Below are positions 34,670-37,582 of a stretch of 37,582 bases of DNA, in pieces (the stretch's first letter is position 1; each line of letters starts with the position of its first letter). The DNA lies in IMG/VR virus record IMGVR_UViG_3300044709_000019, positions 1 to 37,582 of that record; one strand, given 5' to 3'. The translations under genes were made by a program, and so were the position numbers. A model generated the notes under the pieces. That model saw only the letters and a program-made list of their open reading frames with translations. It was not told the origin of the DNA and ran no database searches. This DNA comes from a virus (lineage: Duplodnaviria > Caudoviricetes).

Positions 34670-35263
34670 TCATGCCGCAGACGCCTCCTCGTCATCACAT
34701 CCTGGCTCACGGTCAATAATCGAAGGCACATCGATGCGGAGCGCATCCATTGACAATTTGAGCGGATACCATTCGACGTTCTGGCCAGCCCGATAGCGTT
34801 TAATAATTCTCAGCGCCCAGGCCCTTCCGCCATTCACGGCAGCGGTTTTCTCCGCCGCCTTAATCTGCTCGGCAGTGAAAGTCTTTGTGTTAGGAGCCTT
34901 TGCTGGCGTGAAATATAAGATTTGCTTTTGTTTGTTTCGCGATTCAACGGCAATCTTGACTGCCTCCGTGTGATCGGAAGGCCATACATGGAAGCGGCAG
35001 TAGTAGGGTCCGCCGCCGCTGATCGAATGGGAGACATTTGCGGGATACGCGCATTGATTGCCGTTACCCCATTGGCAATTTTGGGGGGCTGGCTCGAATT
35101 GGACGTTTTCTTTATTGCGCCCCATTTTCTCCGCGATCTTGGTTTTTAGCGACCCCTTCCCCCAAGAGCGCCCCTGTCCGCAGCCGGGGCAAAACTTCGC
35201 GCTATCGCTTAAAACCTCCCCGCATTCAGTACAAGCCCGCTCAAACTCGTTCTTCGTCGCCAT
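34670..35263 (-). CDS. Zinc-ribbon protein downstream of the replication initiator
   Basis: CTECG..FCPGCG and YYCRFH; C-terminal REPG.DDE. Confidence 0.65.
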   Translation of the reverse strand: MATKNEFERACTECGEVLSDSAKFCPGCGQGRSWGKGSLKTKIAEKMGRNKENVQFEPAPQNCQWGNGNQCAYPANVSHSISGGGPYYCRFHVWPSDHTEAVKIAVESRNKQKQILYFTPAKAPNTKTFTAEQIKAAEKTAAVNGGRAWALRIIKRYRAGQNVEWYPLKLSMDALRIDVPSIIDREPGCDDEEASAA

Positions 35264-36077
35264 AATTGATTTCCCCCTGGTATTGAGCGAACTTCGTTTT
35301 GTTAAAGAGCGTTGCGGGCCTCAAATACATATCCATCTTCTCATCGCCTTTCCAGTCTTCGCATTTCTTGGTGATGATGAACCGGCATTCACGATCAGAA
35401 GCCCCATCTTTGAGGCGAGCAACAATCAAATCGAGATTGGCTGATACCGGCTGATACTTTCGGCGGGTTTTCTTATTGAGAAACTCGAGAATGGCGATTG
35501 CCTTCTTTTTGAGCTCCCGGTTTTCATTTTTTGCAGGGCAAAGCGGGGAGACGTCGGGCAATCGGTCTTTTTGCCCGACATAACTCTCATTCTTCTCTTT
35601 AGTAAGTTTATTTAATGCTTTTGTTGTATCTGCCTCTGTATCTGCTTCTGCATATGTATCTGCTATAGGTTGACTTGGTTGTGTGTGTTGAGTGGTGTTG
35701 AGTGGTCTCTTTTTCTCCCTGGTATGCCAGTATTCGCGATGATAATCACGCCGGTCTATTTCACGCTTTAGGCTTCTGTAAACCTTGTAATTAACCACTA
35801 TCCAGCCCCAATCGCGCTCCGGGGATATAGGGATAATGCGGCGTCCATCATGATCTGGCGTTCGGCTTTTTGGGTCCGGCTTCGAAAGTTCTTCGATGCC
35901 AGCTTCGATGATTGAGAGCGGAATGGTTGTTCTTCTGGAAATCGCTTCTGCCGTCATATCGACAAATCCTTCTTGATCGGCGAGAACCAGGAATTGCTGG
36001 AAGGTGACTAAAGCTTGCCATGGACCATTAGTGCATAAAGAACCGTCGTACATCTGAGCAAATACTTTGGCGTACAT
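35241..36077 (-). CDS. Replication initiator with conserved phage C-terminal domain (TIGR02220-like)
   Basis: N-terminal HTH-like region, central iteron-encoded linker, and LEFLNKKT..ARLKDG..YLRPATLF. Confidence 0.8.
   Translation of the reverse strand: MYAKVFAQMYDGSLCTNGPWQALVTFQQFLVLADQEGFVDMTAEAISRRTTIPLSIIEAGIEELSKPDPKSRTPDHDGRRIIPISPERDWGWIVVNYKVYRSLKREIDRRDYHREYWHTREKKRPLNTTQHTQPSQPIADTYAEADTEADTTKALNKLTKEKNESYVGQKDRLPDVSPLCPAKNENRELKKKAIAILEFLNKKTRRKYQPVSANLDLIVARLKDGASDRECRFIITKKCEDWKGDEKMDMYLRPATLFNKTKFAQYQGEINYGDEERV
35625..35706. repeat. Putative origin iterons within the initiator gene
   Basis: TGTATCTGC three times and GTTGA/GTTGT at 35669, 35678, 35687 and 35697, next to an AT-rich tract. 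Confidence 0.6.
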
Positions 36078-36166
36078 TGATTGCTCCTCTTATCAAACTG
36101 GTTGAATTATGTTGAGTCGAGTTGAGCGAATTATTCTAGTGACATCCCGAATTCAAGATGCGCAAT

Positions 36167-36361
36167 CTATCCCGCGATCCAAAAATATTGCTTAAATTGC
36201 TCGGGAGGCTCGCAGACCCACATATGCGCGTCTACCTGATGACAATTATTCTGCTTGGCATATTCGGCCCATTGCTGAACCGTGACGCCTTCTTTCTGCG
36301 TAATATCGGCGGGAAGCGTTGCGGCAATCGCTAGCAATGAGACCGCGAAGAGGCTATTCAT
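36167..36361 (-). CDS. Small exported protein
   Basis: Signal-peptide-like MNSLFAVSLLAIAATLPA. Confidence 0.5.
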   Translation of the reverse strand: MNSLFAVSLLAIAATLPADITQKEGVTVQQWAEYAKQNNCHQVDAHMWVCEPPEQFKQYFWIAG

Positions 36362-36451
36362 CGGAATCGCTCGCTTCCGAGGTCGGCGTATTCAGCGATG
36401 CGATCATCATTCCGGGAACGCCGAAAATCAGCCATAGCATGTAAAGTTCAA

Positions 36452-36619
36452 TCATTGCATTTGCTCCTTTGATTTGCGCCGAAGAAAGCCGAAGCGCTTA
36501 GGGGAAAGCTTGAGACATTCCGCACAGGTCCATAGCTGAACGCCATTGGTGAGGATGAAATGACCGCCGAACTGCTCGCGATGTTGTAAACATTTGCCGC
36601 ATTTTCTGCTTGCTTTCAT
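36452..36619 (-). CDS. Small zinc-finger protein
   Basis: CGKC...WTCAEC; GGAGG RBS; ATGA overlap. Confidence 0.55.
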   Translation of the reverse strand: MKASRKCGKCLQHREQFGGHFILTNGVQLWTCAECLKLSPKRFGFLRRKSKEQMQ

Positions 36620-37038
36620 GTTGCCTCCCTCTGCATACAATTACGCACGCTCACGCCAATCATTGGCTCGACATCAGCAGGCACTAGCTTTGGGTGTGTT
36701 TTGATATAAGCATCCATCAGCCTCCAGCCTTCCGTGATATGGCGCTCGACATGCAGGACTTCTTGTTCTGTCCATTTATCGCCATCAATAAGGTTGATGG
36801 TTTCGGTCGGCGGCTCTCCAGACGCCTTTTCGAGATTACGATCTTCTTGGCTCATCAATCGAAAAATAAGCGGCTTATCGCGAAGCCGCGCGAGCGATCC
36901 CTCTATGACATAGCCCGCCGCCCATCGGCAATACGCCGCGCGGCCCATCGCCTTTATGTCGTCGATGCGATCTGCTTTAACCGTAAATGGGGAAATGAGA
37001 ATAGATGTAATGCACAAGCCGATCAGTTTGTTCTTCAT
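36616..37038 (-). CDS. Exported/periplasmic hypothetical protein
   Basis: MKNKLIGLCITSILISPFTVKA signal peptide; GAGG RBS. Confidence 0.65.
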   Translation of the reverse strand: MKNKLIGLCITSILISPFTVKADRIDDIKAMGRAAYCRWAAGYVIEGSLARLRDKPLIFRLMSQEDRNLEKASGEPPTETINLIDGDKWTEQEVLHVERHITEGWRLMDAYIKTHPKLVPADVEPMIGVSVRNCMQREAT

Positions 37039-37054
37039 ATGCATCCTCGTTGTT

Positions 37055-37090
37055 AAAAAAAATCCGCCAAGCATTGCGCTGAAGCGGATT
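37055..37090 (-). terminator. Intrinsic terminator directly after cro
   Basis: AATCCGC/GCGGATT stem followed by a run of 8 T on the minus strand (two are shared with the stem). Confidence 0.7.
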
Positions 37091-37104
37091 AGGAGGGGTT
37101 CAGT

Positions 37105-37290
37105 TCATTTTCGTTTCGTCTTTCTTTTTGGCTCTGCCTTTAACTTCCCTTGCGTCAATAACTCTATCTGATACTGCCTGCCGATTGGCGGATATTTCCC
37201 CCACTCGGAGATTCTCGACTGCGAACATCCCAACGCTTTTGCGGCTGCGGTCTGCGTTCCAAAATATTTAATAACATCTTCTTTCTTCAT
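37105..37290 (-). CDS. cro: Cro-family HTH regulator, probably leaderless
   Basis: MKKEDVIKYFGTQTAAAKALGCSQSRISEW..P..RQYQIE.LT.GKLKA is a P22/N15-type Cro pattern. Confidence 0.9.
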   Translation of the reverse strand: MKKEDVIKYFGTQTAAAKALGCSQSRISEWGKYPPIGRQYQIELLTQGKLKAEPKRKTKRK

Positions 37291-37297
37291 CTGGGTA

Positions 37298-37326
37298 ATT
37301 ATCCGGTTCCCGATATATAAAGTCAA
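37298..37326 (-). promoter_or_regulatory. PR-like promoter TTGACT-17-GATAAT overlapping operator TATCCGGTTCCCGATA
   Basis: Spacing counted by hand; the cro ATG is 7 nt after the -10 and has no RBS. Confidence 0.85.
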
Positions 37327-37337
37327 ACAAAAAAGAG

Positions 37338-37366
37338 TTGCAGAATTATCCGGTTTCGGATAGCAT
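37338..37366 (+). promoter_or_regulatory. PL-like promoter TTGCAG-17-TAGCAT overlapping palindromic operator TATCCG-GTTT-CGGATA
   Basis: Spacing counted by hand; the operator is a near copy of the one in PR. Confidence 0.75.
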
Positions 37367-37402
37367 TAAATCACTCGACCAAAACAACAATTGGAGGGGA
37401 TC

Positions 37403-37534
37403 ATGCAACAACGCAAAGAGCATAGCATGAAAGATTTAAGCGCCTATCTGTTGAAACATTTGAATTCGAGAAGATGCAAACGAGCCGTGAAAATTCGTGA
37501 ACAGTTGCTAACCAAACTGAGGGGGCAAGAATGA
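37403..37534 (+). CDS. First early gene, small basic protein (43 aa)
   Basis: GGAGGGG RBS; MQQRKEHSMKDLSAYLLKHLNSRRCKRAVKIREQLLTKLRGQE. Confidence 0.55.
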   Translation: MQQRKEHSMKDLSAYLLKHLNSRRCKRAVKIREQLLTKLRGQE

Positions 37535-37582
37535 GCGGATTAACAGCAGTTGCGAGGGAAATAAGGGGAATGGCCGACGAAC
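37531..37582 (+). CDS. 5' part of the junction-spanning gene
   Basis: ATGA overlap with the previous gene; open to the window end and in frame with 3..299. Confidence 0.65.
   Translation, partial: MSGLTAVAREIRGMADE

Larger units (their letters stand above)
1..37582. mobile_element. Apparently complete temperate P22-like podophage genome (circular or circularly permuted)
   Basis: Packaging, head, tail, ejection, lysis, replication, recombination and integration modules all present with no host genes. The ORF starting at 37531 continues in frame into the ORF ending at 299. Confidence 0.9.

Noticed and set aside
1-37582. Alternative genetic code or stop-codon recoding
   Set aside because: Core genes are full length in the standard code and the only tRNA is a sense Leu tRNA (anticodon UAA reads UUA).

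Overview
The window appears to be one complete, circularly permuted temperate podophage genome of about 37.6 kb. It has a P22-like virion module and lambdoid gene order, and the host is probably a proteobacterium. An ORF runs in frame across the end/start junction. The + strand carries an early operon (ERF, NinB, Xis, tyrosine integrase, many small accessory genes) with a complete antisense tRNA-Leu(UAA) just downstream of int. The - strand carries cro, a replication initiator, RusA, terminase, portal, scaffold, coat, an HNH endonuclease, head-tail and tail genes, ejection proteins and lysis genes. Five things stand out. (1) The genetic switch has back-to-back sigma70 promoters, an operator in each, a leaderless cro and a terminator after it, but no cI gene, although int and xis look intact. 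(2) A glycosyltransferase-methyltransferase fusion sits inside the head operon, a candidate virion-glycosylation system. (3) Two tRNA-shaped structured RNAs with expanded centres flank an orphan HicB-like gene at the end of the early operon. (4) The DUF5675 endolysin active-site motif is copied onto an unrelated early protein. (5) An Sm-like gene is followed by duplicated Gly/Tyr repeat micro-genes. All family assignments come from motif recognition by eye; no database searches or folding programs were run.
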